DNA of 64,000 nt, from the NCBI GenBank assembly GCA_965208125.1, contig OZ242320.1, positions 5,056,001-5,120,000 on the forward strand, written 5' to 3'. The DNA is from Candidatus Latescibacterota bacterium. GTDB lineage: Bacteria > Latescibacterota > UBA2968. A program made the position numbers and the translations under genes. The notes under the pieces are model-generated. The model searched no databases. It saw nothing but the letters and a program-made list of their open reading frames with translations, and had not been told where the DNA came from. Of this stretch, positions 28,727-39,400 are shown piece by piece. Every line of letters starts with the position of its first letter. The stretch's first letter is position 1.

Positions 28727-30646
28727 TCAGTCTCCAACCCCCATCATCACCCAATCGTACATCTCCCCAGCCCGTTCGACAGCGCGATCTACATCTTCGC
28801 GCAACATCAACTGCTCCTCCACCAGTTCCCGAGCTGCTCGCGCCACACAGTCCAAATACACTTCGCGGCTGCCATAGCGTTTAGCAATCGATAGTCGCGA
28901 ATCACCATCGCGCCCATCCTCATCGCGCGCAAATGGCACCCACATCCCATCCAGGCCAACAAGCGCATCGGTCGCGCCGCGTTGACGATATCGCCATCCC
29001 GTAAACGTACCCAGAGGCACGACCACCTCGGGCATACGAATACCAGCAATCTCATTGCCATCGCGATCGACCTGAGGCACGCGCACCCCAAAAGGACGCC
29101 CTTTTTCGGGCGGCTCGATATCGATAATACCCGCATCCCATCTGCTCCCCCAGTTCAATCGCAGGGGCCGCCGCATGCGAACAGGACTTCGCAAATCTGG
29201 AATAGTGGGAAATTTCAAATCGTCCGCATCAACCAGAGAACCATCCGCAATGCGACCATACCTGCTCTCGGGAGGATCAACGCCTTTGCGCACCCAGCGG
29301 TCTAACGCAACGAGAAGCGCGCGTTCTGCATAGCGAAAATTCACGGGATTTGGGGGCACTGCTCGCCCCGGTTTTGTGGGCACATCGCCCGGACCGTGTT
29401 TTGTACTTGCAAAATGATAAACGCGGACTGAAGGATGAATCTCGACATCCTCCTGCCCGCGTACATCTGTGTGAATCAAAGACGCACCGCGATTCCAGTA
29501 TTCGGTTGAGGTATTGGTATAAAAAATGCGAGGTGTTACCCCTGCAACATCACAGCGATCCAACAAACCACCTTTTTTTTTGGTTTCGGAATCTACCTGT
29601 GGCAAATCCGTAAAAGGAAACTGCTCCGTGGGATATAACGCATCAAAATGCGCGCTGGCATGCCGCGAAGGCTGTGCAAATCGATGGTTAAACGATCCCT
29701 GCGCGCCGCCTGCAACATTGGCAAATACCCCATCAAAAACCTTTCGTCCAGCCTCATCCTCATTAAAGCCCTCATACAACATGTGCCGCAAAAAACGTCC
29801 ACTTTGCGATGACCCAAAAGCATAAGTCCGCTCAATCGCATTGCCCAGCGGATTGCCATCCGTCCCGTATTTCAAAAATGACACAAAATCCCGGGTTGCG
29901 GCAAAACCCGTTCCCATCACAGTCGGATTTTTGCCCGTATAAATTAGATTGTAAATACGCCCCGGTTCAAATCCCTGTGGAAATCGGATCGCAGCGCGCC
30001 CATCTTCCAATCGATCAAACGCCCATTGATTGCGCCCAATCTCCTCGGCTTCATCATACGGATACGCCCGCACAGTGAGTACCGCATCGCTATCTTCTAC
30101 AGGTTCATAGGGATCGTGATAGCGACTCCCCAGAGAATGCAAATCCGTCTTTGTATCAATGACAATCTCACACGATACGGGACCCATAACATCAACTATG
30201 GGCGCATCCAGAGTCATCAAATTGGTAGCGCCCTCTGCTTCAGGCGGCACATCGGCCTGCCAACCACACGCGGCAATCGTATAACCCTGCCGCATCAAAA
30301 AACCATCGCCAAAATGTGCGGCGGTCTGGGGCATATTCGCCCCAGTTGCCAGATTAAACATCGGCAAAATATTTTTGCGCCCGCGATTGACCACATTGTA
30401 AAACACAGTACTGTTGCCCCGAGCGACATCAACCGGCTTGAGCAAATGCACATCAGCTCGAAAAATCACCCGCCCGCTCTCGTCAACTGGCACGAGATTT
30501 AAATCGACAATTGCCCCGTTTTGTTTGTGATTGGGATCAAGCGCGAACCACGCGCTGCCACACAGTGCTTCATAAGCACCCACAGCACCGTATAACTTGC
30601 CATCGAGCACGGTTTTCCGAGAAGTAATTTCCAATTGCGTGAGCAT
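28727..30646 (-). CDS. Alpha/beta hydrolase domain-containing protein
   Basis: VVNRG, CGWQAD, nucleophile GSSQSGRFLR, TSTEYW, DGNEIAG. Confidence 0.8.
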   Translation of the reverse strand: MLTQLEITSRKTVLDGKLYGAVGAYEALCGSAWFALDPNHKQNGAIVDLNLVPVDESGRVIFRADVHLLKPVDVARGNSTVFYNVVNRGRKNILPMFNLATGANMPQTAAHFGDGFLMRQGYTIAACGWQADVPPEAEGATNLMTLDAPIVDVMGPVSCEIVIDTKTDLHSLGSRYHDPYEPVEDSDAVLTVRAYPYDEAEEIGRNQWAFDRLEDGRAAIRFPQGFEPGRIYNLIYTGKNPTVMGTGFAATRDFVSFLKYGTDGNPLGNAIERTYAFGSSQSGRFLRHMLYEGFNEDEAGRKVFDGVFANVAGGAQGSFNHRFAQPSRHASAHFDALYPTEQFPFTDLPQVDSETKKKGGLLDRCDVAGVTPRIFYTNTSTEYWNRGASLIHTDVRGQEDVEIHPSVRVYHFASTKHGPGDVPTKPGRAVPPNPVNFRYAERALLVALDRWVRKGVDPPESRYGRIADGSLVDADDLKFPTIPDLRSPVRMRRPLRLNWGSRWDAGIIDIEPPEKGRPFGVRVPQVDRDGNEIAGIRMPEVVVPLGTFTGWRYRQRGATDALVGLDGMWVPFARDEDGRDGDSRLSIAKRYGSREVYLDCVARAARELVEEQLMLREDVDRAVERAGEMYDWVMMGVGD

Positions 30647-30659
30647 AATTCAAAAGCTT

Positions 30660-30686
30660 TCAGTTATCAGTTGTCAGTTGTCAGTC
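30660..30686. repeat. Heptamer tandem repeat (TCAGTTR) x~4
   Basis: TCAGTTA TCAGTTG TCAGTTG TCAGTC. Confidence 0.7.
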
Positions 30687-30749
30687 CCACCCCACACCGC
30701 CCTCCCAAGCGGGCGGTCTCCTGAATATCCGTTCCATAAATCCCATGAC

Positions 30750-31685
30750 CTAAAGCGCAGTGAGATCAAAGGGATTGGACCACGCCTTGTCGCCATTTGG
30801 TGCAATAATCTCAAAACGCACGTGTTTTGAGCCGGGGCGTAGCTTAAAAGTGGCGGTATCAAACAGCTTACCGCCCTCGTGGTATTCGGTACCCCTTGAA
30901 TCTAATACCGCGGCAATGCGCTGTGCAGGTGAACATTTTACTGTGACTTCAACCGTGCGACCTTCTCCACTATGCAACTGAATATCAAAAATTTGCGGCC
31001 CCGTTGACGCATAACCCGCGCCAGATTCCAGTGCTTCAACAATGGCTTCGGGTGACCGTTCCTTCACGCGCACCATAGTCCAGCCCTGATACGTATCGCG
31101 ATCTTCTGATTCAGCCGCGTGGGAATCGTCATTACCCAGTGCAGGGAGCAATTGTCCGGACAAATCCATCCAATCGTCCCAGTGTACAGAAGACTCACCC
31201 CGCCCGGCGCACCGACATGTCGTATTAAAAACTTCTATTCCTGCCAAACCCGTCAGCGGCATTGTATCGCGCAAAATATTGACCCCACTCCAGTGCGGAT
31301 GTGCGAGCCAGATTGAACCACCCTGTTTTTTTACTTCATCAATCACATGTTGCGGAGGCATAGCCCGCGCATCCATATCCTCTGAAATATTGAGTGCCAC
31401 AAAATGGTGGCGGTCGCCGCCAAAGGGATTGTCAGGATGCAATTCTGCACCTTGAATAAGCGTAAAATTTTCAGGACAGGTCAGCGTTTTGACAAATGTG
31501 ATATTGTTGTGATCTGACACACACAAATAATCGTAGCCCTGATTTACATACCCATCCACGCGTTCTTGAGGCGAAACCTTCCCATCTGAATTTGTCGAGT
31601 GGCTGTGCAAATTCCCCTTCAGCCACATATAACCATCGCCATCAGATAAAACAAACGGATTTACCAACCCATTTTCCCCGGACAT
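30750..31685 (-). CDS. PHP-domain (CehA/McbA-type) metallohydrolase
   Basis: KGNLHSHSTNSDG, SDHN, AHP, IEVFN, DDSH, AWSNPF. Confidence 0.85.
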   Translation of the reverse strand: MSGENGLVNPFVLSDGDGYMWLKGNLHSHSTNSDGKVSPQERVDGYVNQGYDYLCVSDHNNITFVKTLTCPENFTLIQGAELHPDNPFGGDRHHFVALNISEDMDARAMPPQHVIDEVKKQGGSIWLAHPHWSGVNILRDTMPLTGLAGIEVFNTTCRCAGRGESSVHWDDWMDLSGQLLPALGNDDSHAAESEDRDTYQGWTMVRVKERSPEAIVEALESGAGYASTGPQIFDIQLHSGEGRTVEVTVKCSPAQRIAAVLDSRGTEYHEGGKLFDTATFKLRPGSKHVRFEIIAPNGDKAWSNPFDLTAL

Positions 31686-31692
31686 AATAAAC

Positions 31693-31723
31693 TCCTTTGA
31701 GTTAATTCCTTTGAGTTAATTCC
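31693..31723. repeat. 14-bp tandem duplication in the RBS region
   Basis: TCCTTTGAGTTAAT x2. Confidence 0.7.
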
Positions 31724-32857
31724 TTACTCCTCCCACCAGACCTTCCCATCTCGAACAGACGCGCGACAAACCAACCGCTGCTCCCCCATCAACACCTGCT
31801 GCATCGCATCGGTTAATTCAAATTTCCCCTTTTCCAATTCAAATACAGCGACATCGCCTGCAGCACCAATCCCCAGATGTCCGAGATCATCCTCTCGATC
31901 AATTACCTGCGCTGGTTCAATGGTTGAACGTTGAATCACTTCCTCGAGCGACATGCCCAAATTCAAAAACTTGGACATCGTCGTCGGCAAATCGTAAACA
32001 GGACCATCGATATTGTACGAATGGATATCGCTACTGATGGTATCGGGCGGAAAACCATCTTCCATCGCAGCGCGCCCCACGTCGTAACTAAAACTGCCCA
32101 ACCCGTGACCAATGTCAAAAATCACCCCGCGATCGCGCGCATCCCATGCCTCGGAAATCACCTTTCCCCGATTGTCGATAATCGATGCGGGCTGTGTACC
32201 GTGAAAACAATGGGTCACAATATCGCCCGGACGCAGAGGCTGAATCAGGTCGCGCAAAGGCACATCGGCATTGCTGATATGAACCATCAGGGGTTTCTCG
32301 CACCGATTGGCGGCCTCCAGAGCAATTTGCAACAAATCGCGTATATCCGCATCGCCGCCCACACCTTTGTACAAACGCACCTTAACGCCCAGTGCTGTTT
32401 TCGGGTGATTCAAAACCGTCTGCGCGCATTCACTGGCCGACACATAGCCTTCATATACCATCTCACCACGCCGCCAGGGCAACCCAACACCCGACAGATT
32501 GACATAGGCCAAAATACGCGTTGAAGACGGCTCCATTACATAGCGCTCCAATCCGCGATAATTAATCCATCCCGCTGTCCCCGTATCAACGCTCGTTGTC
32601 ACCCCCGTGCGCGGGCACAGGTCATCGGCCTCTATACCAAAACTCGATACATCTTTGTACACATGGGTATGCAAATCAATCAGCCCCGGCGTCACGAGAC
32701 ATCCGCCTGCATCAATTACTGAATCGGCTTCCCCTAAATCGCGCCCAATAGCTGCTACTACGCCCCCCTTCAATCCCACATCCAATGCGCCCTGCACACC
32801 ATTAGCCGGGTCCATCACCGTCCCACCTGTTATCAACACATCGTATTGATCAGCCAT
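31724..32857 (-). CDS. Amidohydrolase/deacetylase-family metallohydrolase (dihydroorotase-like)
   Basis: PGLIDLHTH, VDTGTAG, GVKVR, MVHI, THCF, DIGHG, SSDIH. Confidence 0.88.
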   Translation of the reverse strand: MADQYDVLITGGTVMDPANGVQGALDVGLKGGVVAAIGRDLGEADSVIDAGGCLVTPGLIDLHTHVYKDVSSFGIEADDLCPRTGVTTSVDTGTAGWINYRGLERYVMEPSSTRILAYVNLSGVGLPWRRGEMVYEGYVSASECAQTVLNHPKTALGVKVRLYKGVGGDADIRDLLQIALEAANRCEKPLMVHISNADVPLRDLIQPLRPGDIVTHCFHGTQPASIIDNRGKVISEAWDARDRGVIFDIGHGLGSFSYDVGRAAMEDGFPPDTISSDIHSYNIDGPVYDLPTTMSKFLNLGMSLEEVIQRSTIEPAQVIDREDDLGHLGIGAAGDVAVFELEKGKFELTDAMQQVLMGEQRLVCRASVRDGKVWWEE

Positions 32858-32865
32858 ATATCTCC

Positions 32866-33864
32866 TCACGATCGCTCTGCAATATAAGTTTCCGCATCGA
32901 TTTTTCCCGAGGCAATCAAATCGCGGAACAGCGCCACAGTTTCAGCCACGCCTTCTGTCAGCGGCTTGTGCGCCACTGTGCCAATTGCAGCCTCCAATCC
33001 ACTCCCATCGACTTCCTGGGGAAATGGCAGCTGGATATCTTCAAACGTGATCTTATCCACAGCTTCAGGCGCTGCCCGATCAATCGCATCCTTCACATCC
33101 TGCATATCGGGTGCAAATCCGCCCAAATTAAATGCCCCAGCTCCCTCGTAATCGGCCCTTGCAGCCTGAATAAACGCCCGCGCCGTATCATCGGCATACT
33201 GAAAAACCGTGCGCCCACCATAAGAAATGTGATAGGGCAAATTCGCAGCAGCAGCGAGCATGGCCGTCGTTGGCGTTGAAGTAATACCCTGATCGCGCCC
33301 CACCCCATAGACCACATAGGGCCGAAAACCGATAGAAGATACTCCCTCGTCGAGCCAATACACATGCGCGGTTCCCTCATTCGCCTGTTTGTACACGCCG
33401 TAATGCGTATGGGGCATCAGCGAGGAATCATCTTGCATCACAGCGCCCGGTTCGTAATCTTCGGGCGCGCCAAAAACAGCGACAGAACTCGCATAGACCA
33501 CTTTGCCAATATGCTCTTGCCGGCGTTTCACAGCTTCAAAAACATTCGCGGTACCCACCACATTGACGCGCGCACCGAGCGGCGGATCGGCTTTGCAAAA
33601 CGGCACTTGAAGTCCTGCCAGATGAATGACATGCGTAATCTCATTATCGTCTAACGCCCGTTCAAAAGTGGGCAAATCCGCAATATCGCCAGCCACAAAA
33701 TTTACCTGCGCCAATTCGTCATCTGACAGCAACAATTGCAAGCGCCGAGGCTCTGTCGCCAGATCAAATACCGTGACCGGCACCCCTTCGCGCACCAGGT
33801 TATGTACAGCCCATGCGCCAATACACCCCAATGCACCCGTAACTAAAAAACGCTCGTCAGCCAT
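32866..33864 (-). CDS. NAD-dependent epimerase/dehydratase
   Basis: VTGALGCIG, ASSVAVFG, YGVYK. Confidence 0.88.
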   Translation of the reverse strand: MADERFLVTGALGCIGAWAVHNLVREGVPVTVFDLATEPRRLQLLLSDDELAQVNFVAGDIADLPTFERALDDNEITHVIHLAGLQVPFCKADPPLGARVNVVGTANVFEAVKRRQEHIGKVVYASSVAVFGAPEDYEPGAVMQDDSSLMPHTHYGVYKQANEGTAHVYWLDEGVSSIGFRPYVVYGVGRDQGITSTPTTAMLAAAANLPYHISYGGRTVFQYADDTARAFIQAARADYEGAGAFNLGGFAPDMQDVKDAIDRAAPEAVDKITFEDIQLPFPQEVDGSGLEAAIGTVAHKPLTEGVAETVALFRDLIASGKIDAETYIAERS

Positions 33865-33874
33865 AATTCCCTCT

Positions 33875-33913
33875 AAAAAAATCCGCTGGCATACACAATC
33901 ACCAACGGATTTT
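33875..33913 (-). terminator. Intrinsic terminator closing the membrane operon
   Basis: Minus strand AAAATCCGTTGG...CCAGCGGATTTTTTT. Confidence 0.7.
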
Positions 33914-33938
33914 CGTTATCTAAACAAAACCTTTGAGA

Positions 33939-36383
33939 TTAGAACAACAAGACCGATACCGACTTCTGGATCATGGCAATGGACACCGATGCCATTCCCA
34001 CAAGCGCCATGCCCACGGAAAAGCCCACCATCAACACCGCCGCATAAATGCGCCATTGTTGCTTGCCAAAACGCTTCCAGAAATAGTAGCGAGCAATCAG
34101 CGCGCCGATGATCTCAGTGATCATAAAATGCGGAATACTGGTCAAACTACGTATATAACCAAAGATGAGCAAAATGGGCAACCCAAACAGGGACAAAACA
34201 ATGAAGAATACAAGCCCAATGGCAAATCCGGTGGTAATAACCCAGGGTTTTAGAGCCTCGAACAAAATGGGCTTATCATCTGACGACTGCAAAAATGCCC
34301 CATCAAAAGAAGGCACTTGATCAATCTCGTATTGATAGAACAATTCTCGGCCCTGAGGATCCATCGCTCTGGAAATGACCATTTCAGGATTTGGAGTACC
34401 CAGGTGCGCGCCATCGTCCGCACTGCGTATTTCTGGCGCAGAAGGCAACCCCTGTACTAAAGCATCGGATATATCGGGCGGAGCGCGACTCATTGTTGAG
34501 GGCGAGTATGGCGGGGTTTGTGCACCATCAAAATTGGTGTAAAAATAAGCAGTGCTCGACCACGGGCCATACCTGCGCTCTTCATCGGGTACACTATCCG
34601 GGTCATCAGGCGTTGCCCGCACCCGCCAGTACCACCACGCATTATTCGACAAATTCGCCGGTGTCCACGTTACAGTGCCCTCTTGAGAATAGTCAACTTC
34701 CCCGCGCATGGTACTGGTGATCCACACACACCGCTGAAGGGCGTTCAACGGCCAGAACAATTGCACATAGGGATACGCATCGGAAGGAATGGGTGCGAGT
34801 TTCCAAATATAGGACCAGTACATAAAACTGGTCAGAAAAACCAGAGGCACCATAAAGATCTCTGCCTTCAAAATACTCCTGAAGCTGGTACCCGTCAACT
34901 CAATCTCTCGAAAACGCTGCGCTGCCGCGCCATAGTTATCCAGGCCAAAATCCACAAACCAGATCTCAATCCCCCGGAAACCACTGAGAAAAATGGTCGC
35001 TTGTTTAATATATGGGATGCTCACGTTTTGCCCTACCAAACCATCTAAGCGGGCATTGACAAATGAAATGAGGGGTGTGTACACAAATGCAAAAATAAAG
35101 AAAAAGATCAGTAGAGTGACGGTGACCAGTTGCGGAAAAAGAATTTTTGACAGAACAATGGTGTACAAACTCGCTATACAAAACAACACTACGCAAATCC
35201 AAATCCTGAAATCACCTCGTCCGGGCGGCGTTTCCCACGATCCCTTCTCGGTCTTTTCAATCCGCGCGGTTCGCACTCCCCGCCACACCTGATAAAACCC
35301 AATGACGGTAATGGCAAATGTAATGCCAATGCCAAAGCTCATCCAGAAATCAATACCCGTCACAAAGTGCGTCTGGATAGTATCCATTCCCATAAACCAG
35401 TGCGGCATAAATCCATAATGGTGTAAAATGGGGCTTGCAATTGTATGGATCACCACGCCTATAAAAGCCCCCATCACGGCCCAGAATGGGGCGAGAAAAC
35501 CCGCAAAAATGGGTCCCAGGTGTAGGGTAAAGCCCAGGGGTGTTGCGGGCAAAAAATATCCCGTGTATTGCGTGAAATCGACAAATGGGATCGGGATGAG
35601 TTGCACGGGCTGTTCCATAAACGCACCCGAAATAGCCGGTACAGCTACATAGAGCATTCCCCACACCAGGCCAATCACCGCACCGACAGAAAACATGCGC
35701 CAGCGCCACGTGATATCTCCACTGCTTTCTTCTGCCAATGCCATAGCCCCCTGTGCAGCGATAGGTGCAAATGGAAACGGCAACTTCTCGTAATCGGATG
35801 TGATGCGGAACAACACATAACTGGCAGAAAACCAAGCAATGCGTCCCATAATTGTGCCCAACACCAGCAATGCAATGGGCCAAAACCAATCGGCATGTAA
35901 AAACGTACGCTCGATCAGCGCCTCGGAATTTGCCTTCGGCGCGAACCACCACAATTCGCCCAATGCCTTTTGTATGCCAAATTGCACGACTGCGGGCGAC
36001 TGCACAAAATACTGATTCCACAACAGACCTTCAAAGGCATTGGACTCCCGGTTGACCAGCGCAATCGTCACATAATACAACAGATAAATTTCCTGTCGCT
36101 TGAGTACAGTAAACGAGCGCTTTGCCAATTCGATGAACAAAATAATCGTGACCCACTGCGCCGCCGCGCCAATGGAGCCGCCGATCATCAGTTCCAGATA
36201 AATATTGCCGGGCACCATCACAATCGACACAAATAATGCACCCACAATGGTCTTTGCATTAAAGCCTTCGGCAAATTCATCGGGCGTTTCGAGCAGATCG
36301 CGATATTCTTCGATCTCTTCAAACTGCGTATTTTTCTTTGGTTCTTTGTCTTTGTTGCGTCTTAAAAGATTGCCTAAAGCCAT
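33939..36383 (-). CDS. OPT-like oligopeptide transporter with inserted Fn3-like domain
   Basis: Many TM helices; AAQWVTIILFIELAKRS..L..QE and EKLPFPFAP motifs; ~145-aa soluble insert. Confidence 0.7.
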   Translation of the reverse strand: MALGNLLRRNKDKEPKKNTQFEEIEEYRDLLETPDEFAEGFNAKTIVGALFVSIVMVPGNIYLELMIGGSIGAAAQWVTIILFIELAKRSFTVLKRQEIYLLYYVTIALVNRESNAFEGLLWNQYFVQSPAVVQFGIQKALGELWWFAPKANSEALIERTFLHADWFWPIALLVLGTIMGRIAWFSASYVLFRITSDYEKLPFPFAPIAAQGAMALAEESSGDITWRWRMFSVGAVIGLVWGMLYVAVPAISGAFMEQPVQLIPIPFVDFTQYTGYFLPATPLGFTLHLGPIFAGFLAPFWAVMGAFIGVVIHTIASPILHHYGFMPHWFMGMDTIQTHFVTGIDFWMSFGIGITFAITVIGFYQVWRGVRTARIEKTEKGSWETPPGRGDFRIWICVVLFCIASLYTIVLSKILFPQLVTVTLLIFFFIFAFVYTPLISFVNARLDGLVGQNVSIPYIKQATIFLSGFRGIEIWFVDFGLDNYGAAAQRFREIELTGTSFRSILKAEIFMVPLVFLTSFMYWSYIWKLAPIPSDAYPYVQLFWPLNALQRCVWITSTMRGEVDYSQEGTVTWTPANLSNNAWWYWRVRATPDDPDSVPDEERRYGPWSSTAYFYTNFDGAQTPPYSPSTMSRAPPDISDALVQGLPSAPEIRSADDGAHLGTPNPEMVISRAMDPQGRELFYQYEIDQVPSFDGAFLQSSDDKPILFEALKPWVITTGFAIGLVFFIVLSLFGLPILLIFGYIRSLTSIPHFMITEIIGALIARYYFWKRFGKQQWRIYAAVLMVGFSVGMALVGMASVSIAMIQKSVSVLLF

Positions 36384-36404
36384 AGATTGTCCCGTGTATA
36401 AATA

Positions 36405-39400
36405 CTATGCATTGACCGCTGCTGTAGAAGCAGAGAGCAATTCCCGCCCTTTATCCGTGTATTTGGCACGATTGGTTGGATCAACTGTTCGCCAGATCAA
36501 AAATTGTTTGCGAAGCGCGTTCATAAACCCCTGATTGCCCCGTCGCCACGATGCCACATCGCCCGAAAGCCGATCTATTGTCAGCGCCATCGCAAAAATA
36601 TTGTGCTCGCCTGTGGGCACGGCTTCAAAATGTACCTGTTGACTCACGCCCAAATCATAAGGTGCCAACCATATTGTCGTATCAATCGTATATCCCGCGC
36701 CAGTTGCTGCTTCAACCGAACCAAATCGCGCACCATCTGTATAAAACGCGCCCATGGACTCGCCCATGTGCGACTCAAAATAATCCACCAGAAATACCGA
36801 CAGCCCAAACACATCTTTACCGCCTACGGTAAATGGAAACTCAAAATGCCAGTGATCGCCTTCCGGATCGGGCAACTTCCAGCGACGCGTCACATCGGGC
36901 ACAGCCATAAGTGCCGCCTGACGCGCGGGATAAAGCGATGAAATCAAAACCACGACCATCACCAGGGCTGAAGAAATAACAGTTGACAATGCCGAATAAT
37001 TCACATTAAGCCCTTGCAACAACTCCTGCCACAATAAAATTTTGATCACTCCCTGACCGAGCAAATACCCTGCTACAGTACCCAATACGGCATAAACACA
37101 CGCCTCGGCAATAAACAAAAAAGAGATGTGTACAGGCGCCAACCCTACAGCAGAATAAATACCAATCTCGCGGAAGCGCTCGTAAACCGATCCCATCATC
37201 GTATTCAGCACAATCAACGCAGCCACCAGGATGGGAACAAACAAATTGGCAAGGCCGGGCAATGTTCCCCACCCCATCGAACTGTAAATTGACACCTGGA
37301 TTTTGCCATCTGCTTTTGGAATGCCCGCGTACACCACCACCGACAACCGCGACACATATTCTTTGACCTGTTCTTCGACATTTACATCTTCGCGCAAACG
37401 AATTGCTATAGATTGCAGAGGGCTACCCACTTCTCGCAATATATTATAGGGAATAATGGCAATATCGTCGGGATCAATATGCTCGAATGGCATGTTCTCG
37501 AGCTGGGGCTGTTCCAGACCCTGTTTTTCGCGACTCTCCTGCTGGGTCATCCGAGAGACGATCTCATCATCCGTCAGCTTAAAATCCGCCGGACTCATAA
37601 TCTCGCCATCCAGATCTTCGTAATCGCGCATTTTTTCCGCATCGATCAACCCCACGACTTTCAATTGTTTGCCAAATAAGCGCACACTTTTTTTGCCGAC
37701 ATCTTCAGGCTCCACCTCGAGCAATCCGGCTATTTTGCCGGGCAAAATACACGCGATTTCACCCTCTTCAAACCATCGTCCCTGGCTCAACAAGGTATCG
37801 ATCCCCGTGACCGCGGGTTCATTGACCGATAGTCCCAATATGCCCAGCACTTTGGTCGTTTTTTCAGGCGTTTCAATAGGTGTCTTTTTTAAGTCTTGCG
37901 TAACATACCAGCTACGCGGCGCAATCTCACCCTGATCAAAAAAATTGATGCGGGCATAATCATAAGACGTATCCTCCAATGGCCCCCAGAACTGGCTGCG
38001 AATCAACAGTCCCGGATACTTGCCTTCGATATCATCCAGTGGAATTTGATAAAAATCGAGCGTTGTCTTAATCGACGTAAAGGACAATACGGTAAATGTC
38101 AATAAAACCAGCGTGGCAAATGTCAGGCTGGTACGCATTTTGCGCTTTTTCATGTTCGCAATGCCCAGCTGAAATGCCGCCACTGACGCGCTTATACGTC
38201 CCACATCGGTATCGTGCAACAACACCTCTTCTGTGCGTAACCGCCGGATATTTTCGTGAAACCGCCCCGACACAATGGCAATCACAAAAATCGCCAGTGC
38301 AAAAATCACAAAAGCCAGCAAAATCACAAACGGATTGGAGAGATCAAATGCGGGATGCACCTGAGAAAGAACGATCCAGATCACCACAAAAGCCGCGCCA
38401 AAACCGCCGATTTGCAACCGGATATCGGAAAAGGTAAAAATCAACCGCTCGACAAAAAACGCACATGGAATGACCAGTATCATAAAGAAGATCACACCGC
38501 GAATCACATCGTTTTGCGTTGCTTTCACATCTGGATAGGCGCGCGATTCGAGGCCCATGCCCGCGCGTGTGTGTTTGACAAACAAATCCCATTTTTTGTC
38601 TTGCATCGCCTCTTCGGCCAGATCCAGATGCTCTTTAGCCTGGGCGTGCAAACTGGTCATTCGCTGGTTTTCAATCGAATACTTCGCCAATTCGCGCATC
38701 CGCGCCTCGTTCAGCGTCCACATATCTTTTGCGGCCTGGAACGAAGAGTGAATAAACGCCCCACCGTGTTGCAAGGTCTGAAACCCATCGCCGCGCGCGA
38801 CTTCCACGCTTTCGGCACTTTTTGAGTTCAGCAACATATAGCGTACGCCTATATCCAGGGATCTTCCCCCCAACCGCATCACAATTTTGATCCGTTCGCC
38901 CGGCGTTGTAAAAATGGTTCCCACCGGTTCTTCTGGACCAAAGCCGACGGCATAGCCGTATTCCTGCGGTGCCGTATTGCCGGGACCGAGTACGCTGATG
39001 CTCGACAATTTGGATAAATAACGGGGATCGACTGTTTCGTAAAAATCCGTTGCAATACACGGGAACAAAATCCGCGTGCGCTTGGATATCCACCAGTCCA
39101 TATTAAACTCACCCCGGTATATGCGCGCCTGGCGACCGTGATTGGGCGCGTACGTGATCTCCCCACTTTCTGGATCCATATAAAAAGCCTTCACATCCAC
39201 GCGGCGTTCGGCAATGCCCGGCATGTAAAATTCGCCATTTTCATCTGCAATGTCGTAATAGACGCGACGCACGCCTTTGATCGATTTGTCAACACCCATT
39301 CGCAGCGAAGCCACAGCACCGGGGCGGGGGCGATCAGGGGTAATGCTCAGTCGAGGAAATGTGCGCACAAAACCCTTTAATCCGCGCATGCGATCATCGG

